Below, piece by piece: positions 26,101-38,100 of a stretch of DNA of 64,000 bases. Each line of letters begins with the position of its first letter. Position 1 is the stretch's first letter. The DNA is taken from contig CAUPSL010001324.1 of assembly GCA_963514005.1 (NCBI GenBank), positions 1-64,000 of the forward strand, written 5' to 3'. Position numbers and translations under genes: made by a program. Source of the stretch: Raja brachyura (taxonomy: Eukaryota). The notes below the pieces were generated by a model that was not told the DNA's origin, made no database searches, and saw only the letters and a list, made by a program, of their open reading frames with translations.

Positions 26101-29100
26101 TTCAGGGAACTATGCACAGTTATTCCTAGATCCCTCTGTTCCACAGCATTCCTCAATTCCCTACCATTTACCATGTACGTCCTATTTTGATTTGTCCTGC
26201 CAAGATGTAGCACCTTACACTCTGTGAGTAAAGAAGTTCCCCCTCATGTTACCCCTAAACTTCTGTCCCTTAATTCTCATGTCGTGCCCTCTTGTTTGAA
26301 TCTTCCCTACTCTCAATGGGAAAAGCTTATCCACGTCAACTCTGTCTATCCCTCTCATAATTTTAAAGACCTCTATCAAATCCCCCCTTAACCTTCTGCG
26401 CTCCAAAGAATAAAGAATAAATAACCGTCAGACTATCTTTGATTGCACTTTTATCTTGTCCTAAACGTTATTCCTTTCATCCTGGATCTGTATTGTCTTT
26501 CCGCTGGCTGGTTAGCACGCAACAAAAGCTCGATACTCGTGGCAATAAACTAAGAGAGAGAGAGACCATAGACAATAGACAATAGGTGCAGGAGTAGAGG
26601 TCATTCGGTCCTTCGAGCCAGCATCGCCATTCAAGGTGATCATGTCTGGTCATCCCCAATCAGTACCCCGTTCCTGCCTTCTCCCCATATCCCCTGACTC
26701 CGCTATCTTTAAGACCCCTATCTAGCTCTCTCGTGAGAGTATCCAGAGAACCGGCCTCCACCGTCAGAGAATTCCACAGACTCGTTCCTGCCTTCTCCAC
26801 ATATCCCCTGAATCTGCTATCTTTAAGAGCCCTATCTAGCTCTCTCTTGACCATGGCTGATCATCCACAATCCGTACCCCGTTCCTGCCTTCTCCCCATA
26901 TCCCCTGACTCCGCTATCTTTAAGACCCCTTATCTAGCTCTCTCTTGAAAGTATCCAGAGAACCGGCCTCCACCGCCCTCTGAGGCAGAGAATTCCACAG
27001 ACTCCCAACTCTGGGTGAAAAAGTGTTTCCTCTTCTCCGTTTTAAATGACCAACCCCTTATACTTAAACTGTGTGTGGCCCCTGGCTCTGGACTCCCCCA
27101 ACATCGGGAACATGTTTCCTGCCTCTAGCGGGTCCAATCCCTTCATAATCTTATATGTTTCAATAAAACTCACTCTCTTCCTTCCAAACTCCACAGTGTA
27201 CAAACCCAGCCGCTCCATTCTCTCAGCATATGACAGTCCCGCCATCCCAGGAATTAACCTAGTCAACCTAGGCTCATTCAATAGCAAGGATGTCTTTCCT
27301 CAAAGTAGGGGACCAAAACTGCACACAATACTCCGGGGTACACAAAAGGCTGGAGAAACTCAGCGGGTGCAGCAGCATCTAAGGAGCGAAGGAGATAGGC
27401 GACGTTTCGGGTCGAGACCCTTCTTCAGACTAGTTAGGGATCAGGGAAACGAGAGATATAGACGGTGATGTGGAGAGATAAAGAACAATGAATGAAAGAT
27501 ATGCAAAAAAGTATCGATGATAAAGGAAACAGGCCATTGTAGGCTGTTTGTAGTGTGAAAATGAGACTTGGGTGGGGGAGGGATAGAGAGAGAGGGAATG
27601 CCAGGGCCTGAGGGCTGAGGGAGAGGTGGGAGGGGGAGGAGGCAGCAAGGGTTAACAGAATTGAGAAAATTCAATGTTTAAGCCCAGAGGATGCAGACTC
27701 CCCAAGCGGAATATGAGGTGCTGTTCCTCCAACTTGCGGTGTTGCTCACTCTGGCCGTGGAGGAGGCCCAGGACCGAGAGGTCGGATACGGAATGGGAGG
27801 GGGAGTTGAAGTGCACCCGCTGAGTTTCTTCAGCCTTTTGTGTAACCCTCGATTCTTCAGCATCTGCAGTTCCTTCTTTAACACAATAGTCCGGGTGTGG
27901 TCTCACTAGAGCCCTGAACAACTGCAGAAGGACCTCTTTGCTGCTTTGTCTATTGTCATCCTTCTAAACTCCAGAGTATACAAGCCCGGCCGCACCATTC
28001 TCTCAACATATGACAGTCCCGCCATCCTGGGTATTAACCTGGTGAACCTAGGCTGGGCTCCCTCAATAGCATGAATGTCCTTCCTCAAATTTGGAGACCA
28101 AAACTGCAGAGAGAGAGAGAGAGAGACAGAGAGAGAAAGAAAGATGCAATTGGGGAGTTCAACATTATTAACTTTTTGTGCCTGTCTTCAGTATAACCAG
28201 TGTCTGCAGTTCCTTTCTACAGGCTTCATCAGACATTGGTGGCTTCACCTTGCACTAAACGTTATTCCCTTATCATGTCAGGGGCGCCGTCCTGTATGTA
28301 GCAATGTTACAAAATTTTGAGATTTAAAAAATCAAGTCTGCAATTTATCCCATCAGATAAAGCATAAAAAGAAGTTTAATTTGACACCTAATTCACTTTC
28401 ATATCTTCAGTATTAAGAAAGTTATGACCATTTTCATACTCGGAAATTAGCATCTTGTTCCCCATTGCCTTTCAATTGACTTAACTCAAAAGCTGTGATC
28501 TGGAACAGTTAAAAGCCCATAACTTTCTTAAAAATTAAGAGAACTCAATGAAATTTTCAGTTATTATAGATTGAAGCATTCTGAAACAAATATGAAACAA
28601 TCTTACTTGGATGACCTGAAATTAAAGCATATAATTAGTTAATTATCTAATTGTAGCTAATTACAAAATTCAATGAGTAGATCTAAACATCTATCCATTT
28701 CTTAAGAAAAGATAAACTTTTTTTAAATTGCCTAAGTGTCCAAATAACATTCACACAATAATCCACAATATAACATAATTTTTAAATCTCATTTTCATGA
28801 ATTTCTGGGCCGAATGGAAGGAATTTAGTGTTTAACGCCTGTAAATTAATGGCCATTTAAATCAACTAGCGAGTGGGTTTTAGTGGAATGCGATGGATTG
28901 GAACGTTGCGGTTAGCAGTGAAGTCGGGAGGAAAAATACTGTTTGTTCATACATTGTTTTGGACCCCATTTCGCAACATGAAAATGTTATTAAAGCCTCC
29001 CGAAAACCAACTTTTAATATAAAAATAAACTATTTACTTTTTTTTCTCCCCTACGCAAAATCCTTCCCGTTGACGGTGCTCACGGCTTTTGAAGGTGATT

Positions 29101-32100
29101 TTTAAATTACTCTAGTTAATAAATAATTTAGAGTAATTTAAAAATACCTTCATTGATGAAATGTCGGAGCGATTTTTCTTCCGCAACGAAATCGCCCGAC
29201 ATTGATTGATTTTCCCTGCCTGTGGAAAAACGGCACTTTAAGCCCGCCCCCCTCTGAAAGGCGCCAAAGTCGTGCACACGGGGAGCGGCAGAACTGCAGC
29301 GCTGCTCAAGGTAAGTTTTGTAACATACCTACTGTATGGGTTTGGCTGCCCAGCCTGCAGCTGTCTGTCTTTTCTGTCTTTTGTTTAATTTTTAGTTAGT
29401 TGAGTTTTTTTGATTTTTGGAGTCCTAGCCTTTTTTTATGTGGGGGCGGATGTGGGGGGGGGGGAAGGGGGAAACTGCTTTCTAGGGACCCTACCTGGTC
29501 GGAGAGGCAGCTTTTCTCCGGGCTGCACCGTCGACCCGTACTCACGGCCTACCAGCGGGGCCTGGAGCGGCTTTTCCCGAGGGGGATCGCCCAGAACCTC
29601 GGCTTCGGCAGCGGCTCAGCACCGGAGCGCCATCGTGGATCGCCGCGTTGGAGCTCCGGTGAGCTGAAGACCGCAGGTGAACATCGCGGGGCGGCGGGGC
29701 GGCGGTGCGGGCGGCGGCGCTGAAATTTAAATCGCGAGCCTGGAATCTCTCGGCGAGATCAACGGCCAGTTGTGGAGCTCCATTGGACTGCATTGGCAAG
29801 TCAAATTTCACAACACCAATTGGTGTATGTGATAATAAATGTCCTTTGTCCATCCAGCGTGGCCCGTCGGTGCCGGAAGCCGCGGTCTCCGGCAGGGAAG
29901 CGGCCGTTACAGGCACCCTGAGCCGCTGAGGGGGTTCCCCCGACGCCGGAGCACCATCACCCGGCGAAGAAGGGCCTGGAACATCGGCCCCCATAGCGGC
30001 GACTGTGGAGGCCTCAATAGGCCCGACTATGGATGAACTGGGGATGGGGACTGGACATTGTGCCTTCCCTCATAATGGGAACCATTATGGGGGGATTTAT
30101 TTTTAATGTCCACGTTAAATTCTTTAATGTTATGTCTTGTCGTGCAGCGATTGGTGTATGTGACAATAAATGTCCTTTCTCCTTTGTATCCCTGCTCTAC
30201 TGTAATCGTCTATTGTCTTTCTGCCGGCTGGTTAGCATGCAACAGTTCGGGCCTTTTCGCTGCCCCTCGGCACACGTGACAACAAAACAAACCGAGCCAC
30301 TTACCAAGCGAGAGGGTCATGGCTTCATCGAGGCCGACGTGAGCCACAAGGCAGCTGAAGGTGTCTCCGCGTTGGGGCTCGATCTGGATGTACTTCAGGA
30401 TGTTGAAGGTCCAGTCTGTCTCGACCAGCAGAGGGGACGAGTGGACGGGGCCGGTGAAACGCTGGCCGTTGACCAGGAATTGGAGGTCGATCTCGAAAGG
30501 GTAGAACCTCTCGGCGTAACAGTACAGGGTGTTGGGTCTGTGTAGAACGTAGCCCTCTTCTGTGTAGACGTGGACGATCGGTTTCTCTGCAACAGAAGTG
30601 AGATTTTAACAAGATGAATCGAGTATAGGAGCAAAGAGGTCCCTTCTGCAGTTGTACAGGGCCCTGGTGAGACCACACCTGGAGTATTGTGTGCAGTTTT
30701 GGCCTGTTGGCCTTCATAACAAGAGGAGTCGAGTACAGGAGCAAGGAGGTCCATCTGCAGTTGTACAGGGCCCTGGTGAGACCACACCTGGAGTATTGTG
30801 TGCAGTTTTGGCCTGTGGCCTTCATAACAAGAGGAGTCGAGTATAGGAGCAAAGAGGTCCTTCTGCAGTTGTACAGGGCCCTGGTGAGACCACACCTGGA
30901 GTATTGTGTGCAGTTTTGGTCCCCTAATTTGAGGAAGGACATTCTTGCTATTGAGGGAGCCCAGCGTAAGTTCACCAGGTTAATTCCCGGGATGGTGGGA
31001 CTGTCATATGCTGAGAGAATGGAGCGGCTGGGCTTGGATAATCTGGAATGTAGAAGGATGAGAGGGGATCTTATTGAAACATATAAGATTATTAAGGGTT
31101 TGGACACGCGAGAGGCAGGAAACATGTTCCCGATGTTGGGGGAGTCCAGACCCAGGGGCCACACACAGTTTAAGAATAAGGAGTAAGCCATTTAGAACGG
31201 AGATGAGGAAACACTTTTTCTCACAGAGAGTGGTGAGTCTGTGGAATTCTCTGCCTCAGAGGGCGGTGGAGGCCGGTTCTCTGGATGCTTTCAAGAGAGT
31301 TAGATAGGGCTCTTGAAGAGTCAGGGGATATGGGACTCAGAGGGCGGTGGAGTCCGGTTCTCTGGATGCTTTCAAGAGAGAGCTAGATAGGGCTCTTAAA
31401 AATAGTGGAGTCAGGGGATATGGGGAGAAGGCAGGAACGGGGAACTGATTGGGGATGATCAGCCGTGATCACATTGAATGGCGACGCTGGCTCGAAGGGC
31501 CGAATGGCCTCTACTCCTGCACCTATTGTCTATTGTCTACAACACCGTGAAGCCGCAGTATCCGGTAAGAAGAGGCCGACTCGGGAGCTCCATGGCGCGG
31601 AGTGTTCCGATCCGTCCCGAAGCCGGAGTTTCCATCATCCGGACGAGACGACTTGGACAGCGGACCCCGTCCACAGGCACGGAAGTCGCTATCAAAACAT
31701 GGGGGGGGGAGCCGCAATATCTCGGCGGCCGCGCACACACACACGCACACGCCCGCGCGTGTGCACACACGTGGGCCCTGTGGACGGTAACATCGGGAGC
31801 TGACCTGGTTGGTGACCGACTCCGAACTCCAGCAACAGCAGCTTCGTCCGCCCCGAATCGCGGGGCTTGAATCGGCCCGTTCGCGGGGCCTTTCATCGCC
31901 CGGCGGGGGCTTCAACATCGATCGCCTCGATGCAGCGGTTTGATTTTAAGCCGCGCCGGGCGCTGAAAGGCCCCTCGAACGGGCCGATTCAGCCCTCTGA
32001 TGTAAAGTCCGGATTACAAAACGCGGGGGGGTTGTCCCCCACCTCTCAAAGCAAGGTGTGACGTGTCCCCCCTGTCCCCCCCAGGATTTCCGCCCATGCC

Positions 32101-35100
32101 CGACCACCATGGGTGAACAAAGGAAGAGGATGACTGGACTTTACTGCCTGCCATCACGGTGGGGAATGGTGATTCCACTGTGGTGGATGTTTATGTTAAA
32201 TTTCTTGTGCATTGAGGTTTTTATGTGCATGGCTTTATTTATTTGGTAAGCCAAATATCGCTGTCGAAAGAAATAGTGGAGAAACTCAGCGGGTGAGGCA
32301 GCATCTATGGAGCGAAGGAATAGGTGACGTTTCGGGTCGAGACCTCCTCCATTGTCAGACTGAGGCCCAGCGCAAATTGGAGGAGCAGCACCTCATATTT
32401 CGCTTGGGCAGTTTACACCCCAGCGGTACGAACATTGACTTCTCCAATTTCAGGTAGTCCCTGCTTTCTCCCTCCTTCCCGTCCCCTCCCCAGCTCTCCC
32501 ACAGCCCACTGTCTCCGCCTCTTCCTTTCTTCTTCCCGCCCCCCCTCCCCCACATCAGTCACCTATTCCTTCGCTCCATAGATGCTGCCTCACCCGCTGA
32601 GTTTCTCCAGCATTTTTGGCTACCTTTGAATTTTCCAGCATCTGCAGTTCTTCCTTAAACAAATATCACTGTGTGAGACAATAACGCTATCCTACACACG
32701 AGGGACACTTTTAAAATTATACCAAGCCAATTAACCTGTGAGCCTGTACGTGCAGCAAAGGTTCACGAGGTTAATTCCCGGGATGGCTGGACTGTCATAT
32801 GTTGACAGAATGGAGCGGCTGGGCTTGTACACTCTGGAGTTTAGAAGGATGAGAGGCGATCTCATTGAAACATATAAGATTATTAAGGGTTTGGACACGC
32901 TAGAGGCAGGAAACATGTTCGCAATAACAAACCTGATCCCCCGGTGGCTCAGCACTTCAAGAGAGAAAGGTTGAACAAGTTAGGTCTTTATTCTTTGGAG
33001 CGCAAAAGGTTAAGGGGGGACTTGATTGAGGTCTTTAAAATGATGAAAGGGATAGACAGAGTTGACGTGAATAAGCTTTTCCCATTGAGGGTAGGGAAGA
33101 TTCAAACAAGAGGGCATGACATGAGAATTAAGGGACAGAAGTTTAGGGGTAACATGAGGGGGAACTTCTTTACTCAGAGAGTGTGAGGTGCTACATCTTG
33201 GCAGGCCAAATCAAAATAGGACGTACATGGTAAATGGTAGGGAATTGAGGAATGCTGTGGAACAGAGGGATCTAGGAATAACTGTGCATAGTTCCCTGAA
33301 GGTGGAATCGCATGTAGATAGGGTGGTAAAGAAAGCTTTTGGTGTGCTGGCCTTTATAAATCACAGCATTGAATATAGGAGTAGGGAAGTCATGTTAAAA
33401 TTGTACAAGGCATTGGTGAGACCAATTCTGGAGTATGGTGTACAATTTTGGTCGCCTAATTATAGGAAGGATGTCAACAAAATAGAGAGAGTACAGAGGA
33501 GATTTACTAGAATGTTGCCTGGGTTCCAGCAACTAAGTTACAGAGAAAGGTTGAACAAGTTAGGTCTTTATTCTTTGGAGCGCAGAAGGTTAAGGGGGGA
33601 CTTGATTGAGGTCTTTAAAATGATGAAAGGGATAGACAGAGTTGACATGGATAAGCTTTTCCCATTGAGGGTAGGGAAGATTCAAACAAGAGGGCATGAC
33701 ATGAGAATTAAGGGACAGAAGTTTAGGGGTAACATGAGGGGGAACTTCTTTACTCAGAGAGTGGTGGCTGTGTGGAATGATCTTCCAGCAGAAGTGGTGG
33801 AGGGAGGATCGATTTTAACATTTAAAAGTAAAGTGGATAGGTATATGGACGGGAAGGGAATGGAGGGGTATGGTCTGAGTGCAGGTAGATGGGACTAGGG
33901 GAAAATAAATGGTCCGTACGGACTGGAAGGGCCGAGAAGGCCTGTGGATAGGTATATGGACGGGAAGGGAATGGAGGGTTATGGTCTGAGTGCAGGTAGG
34001 TGGGGCTAAGTGAGAGTAAGTGTTCGGCACGGACTGGAAGGGACGAGGTGGCCTGTTTCCGTGCTGTAATTGTAATATGGTTACATGTTATATGGCTATC
34101 CCCTCCCATTCCGAATCCGACCTTTCTGTCCTGGGCCTCCTCCATGGCCAGAGTGAGTCCCACCGCAAATTGAAGGAGCAGCACCTCATATTTCGCTCGG
34201 GCAGTTTACACCCCAGCGGTACGAACATTGACTTCCCTAATTTCAGGTAGTCCTTGCTTTCTCCTCCCCTTCCCAACTCTCCCTCAGCCCACTGGCTTCA
34301 CCGCTTCCTTTCTTCTTCCCGCCCCCCGCGACCCTCACATCAGTCTGAAGAAGGGTTGCGACTCGAAACGGCGCCTATTTCCTCCGCTCCATAGTTGCTG
34401 CCCCACCCGCTGAGTTTCTCCAGCATTTTTGTCTGCCTTCGATTTTCCCCGCCGTCTGCAGTTCCCTCCTCAAACAAAAGGAGCCTCCGCTTTCTTCGCC
34501 CGCCCACTTACTGCTGCCGATGGGTTGGTTGTTGGCGCCGGCCGTCAGCTCGCTCAGGTCGCTCCGCAGCTGGGTCTGAAAGCCCTCGGCCCTCCGCGCA
34601 AAGTAGGCCGCCTCCCCCTCGCCCAGCTCCTCCCTCCCGTCCGTGGCGGCCTGGCCGTTCACGGAGAAGGCGCGCGCCTCGTGGTCGTAGGCGAGGAAGG
34701 GCACAGAGTTCACGCTGAGGATGTCCAGAGTCTTCTCCGAGCCCGACGGGCCCCGTCCGTAGACGAAATGCTCAGACAGCGTCTTGATCTCTGGTGGGGC
34801 GAGAGAACGGAGAGTCAACAGTGTTAAGGGCCTGTCCCACCAGCATCCGACTCCATGCGGTGAGCGCAATCAAACTGGAAGCGGGGGCCGCGCGGAGGTC
34901 GGGTGATCCCCTGTACAGGGCCGTTCCCACCAGCACGCGCCTGCATGCGGCAAGCGCGACCAAACCGGCAGCGAGGGCCGCGCGAAGGTCGGGTGAGTGG
35001 CGCAACGCGGCGCAAAGTGAGGCGAACTTGGAGCGAAGTCTTAAGGTAAGTTCGCCAGGACAGAGAGGGGCACACAGAGAGGGGCACAGAGGCACACACA

Positions 35101-38100
35101 GAGAGGGCCACGGAGCCACACACATAGAGGGTCATGGAGGCACCTCCAGATAGGTTCACGGAGGCACGATGTCGGGGTGGTGTGCAATGCGTCGAGGCGA
35201 CTGCGAGCCGACAAGCTGTTGCCGCGCGGAATTTTTGAACATAGTCAGTTTTTCGGAGCCCCGCGCGATGTCGGGTCGAACTCCGCACAATTCCGCACGG
35301 CTCCGGCGATCGAAGTGGGACCGGCCCCGCGACGCCGGACGGCTCAAGCGACCACGTTATGTCGCGCTAATCGCATAGAGTTGCATGCTTGTAGGACAGG
35401 CCCTGTAGTCAAGTCAAAAGTGCTGGAGAAACTCAGCGGGTGAGGCAGCATCTATGGAGCGAAGGAAATAGGCAACGTTTCGGCCCGAAACGTTGCCTAT
35501 TTCCTTCGCTCCATAGATGCTGCCTCACCCGCTGAGTTCCTCCAGCACTTTTGTCTACCGTCGATTTTCCAGCATCTACAGTTCCGCATCTGCATCTGCA
35601 GAAAGCGAATGGTATGTTGGCATTCACAGCAAAAGGATTTGAGTACAAGAGCAGGGAGGTTCGACTGCAGTTGAAGAAGGGTCTCGACCCGAAACGTCGC
35701 CTATCTCCTTCGCTCCTTAGATGCTGCTGCACCCGCTGAGTGTCTCCAGCCTTTTGTGTACCCCCGAGGTTCTACTGCAGTTGTACAGGGTCTTGGTGAG
35801 GCCACACCTGGAGTATTGCGTACTGTTTTGGTCTCCAAATCTGAGGAAAGACATACTTGCCATAGAGGGAGTACAGAGAAGGTTCACCAGACTGATTCCT
35901 GGGATGCCAGGACTTTCATATGAGGAAAGACTGGATAGACTCGGCTTGTACTCGCTGGAATTTAGAAGATTGAGGGGGAATCTTATAGAAACTTACAAAA
36001 TCTTTAAAGGTTACACAAAAAGCTGGAGAAACTCAGCGGGTGCAGCAGCATCTAAGGAGCGAAGGAGATGGGCAACGTTTCGGGTCGAGACCCTTCTTCA
36101 GACTGGAACTTAAAATCTTTAAGGGGTTGGACAGGCTAGATGCAGGAAGATTGTTCCCAGTGTCGGGGAAGTCCAGAACAAGGGATCACAGTTTAAGGAT
36201 AAGGGGGAAATCCTTTAGGACCGAGATGAGGAAAACATTTTTCACACAGAGAGTGGTGAATCTGTGGAATTCTCTGCCACAGAAGGTAGTTGAGGCCAGT
36301 TCATTGGCTATATTTAAGAGGGAGTTAGATGTGGCCCTTGTGGCTAAAGGGATCAGGGGGTATGGAGAGAAGGCAGGTACGGGATACTGAGTTGGAGGTG
36401 CGGGCGTAGAAGGCCTTGTAACATCTGCTGGAAGGTGGGAGTTCGAACAGACTATGGCAAAGGGTGTGAGGAGACTTTGTGAATGCTTCCTGAGGCACCG
36501 TGCATTGCAGATAATAGTGCAATAATAACAATAATGGTCTTAAGTAATTCAGAGCTTGTAGTGTTTAATAGCCCGATGGCTGCACAGAAGAAGCTGTTCC
36601 TGAACCTGGACGTTGCAGTTTTCACGTTCCTGCACCTTCTTCCCGATGGCCGGGGCGAAATGGAGCGTGTGGCCAGGTTGGTGTGGGGTCTCGGATGAAG
36701 CTGGCTGCCTTTTCCAGGCAGGGACCCCTGCGAATCCCTCCGATGGGCGGGGGAGGACAGAACCCGTGATGGGCTGGGCGGTGTTGGCAACTTTTTGCAG
36801 CCAAACCCGACGGAGGAGAGTGAAAAGGCAATCCTCACATGCTGGAAACCTGAGGTAAAACTGAACAGCGAGCAGTAAAAAAAATACAAGGGATACAAGG
36901 CATACATCCGCTGTGGAAGGCACACAAACAAAACATTTTCACTGCATCAGTGCTCGTAACAATAATAAACTGATAAATAATAAGCGGCTGGGCTTGTACA
37001 CTCTGGCGTTTAGAAGGATGAGAGGATATCTTATTGAAACATATAAGATTATTAAAGGGCCTGTCCCACCAGCATCCGACTCCATGCGATGAACGCGATC
37101 AAACTAGAAGCGGGGGCCGCGCGGAGGTCGGGTGATCCCCTGTACAGGGCCGTTCCCACCAGCATGCGCCTGCATGCGGCAAGCGCGACCAAACCGGCAG
37201 TGAGGGCCGCGCGGAGGTCGGGTGAGTGGCGCAAAGTGAGGCGAACTTGGAGCGAAGTCTTAAAGGTAAGTTCGCCAGGACAGAGAGGGGCACACAGAGA
37301 GGGGCACAGAGGCACACACACACACACACACAGAGGGCCACGGAGCCACACACATAGAGGTTCACGGAGGCACGATGTCGGGGCGGTGTGTCATGCGTCG
37401 AGGTGACTGCGAGCCAACAAGCCGTTGCCGCGCGGAATTTTTGGACACAGTCAGTTTTTCGGAGCCGCATAGAGTTGCATGCTTGTAGGACAGGCCCTTA
37501 AGGGTTTGGACGCGCTAGAGGCAGGAAACATGTTCCCGATGTTGGGGGAGTCCAGAACCAGGGGCCACACACACACACACACACAGTTTAAAAATAAGGG
37601 GTAAGCCATTTAGAACGGAGACGAGGAAACACTTTTTCACACTGAGAGTTGCTTAAGAAGGGACTACAGATGCTGGGACAATTGAAGGTAGACAAAAATG
37701 CTGGAGAAACTCAGCGGGTGAGGCCGCGTCCATGGAGCGAAGGAATGGGCAACGTTTTGGGTCGAGACCCTTCTTCAGAAGAAGGTCACCCATTTCCTTC
37801 GCTCCATAGATGCTGCCTCACCCGCTGAGTTTCCCCAGCATTTTTGTCGACCTTCACACAGAGAGTTGTGAAGGTAGGCAGGGGCCACACAAAGTTTAAG
37901 AATAAGGACTAAGCCATTTAGAATGGAGACGAGGAAACACTTTTTCTCACCACACTCTGTGGTGAGCCTGTGGAATTCTCTGCCTCAGAGGGCGGTGGAG
38001 GCAGGTTCTCTGGATGCTTTCAAGAGAGAGCTAGATAGGGCTCTTAAAGATAGCGGAGTCAGGGGATATGGGGAGAAGGCAGGAACGGGGAACTGATTGG

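Noticed and set aside
30305-30586. Calling this exon beta-2-microglobulin
   Set aside because: It is preceded by an in-phase alpha1 exon and followed by a class II alpha-type TM exon, whereas b2m is a soluble single domain
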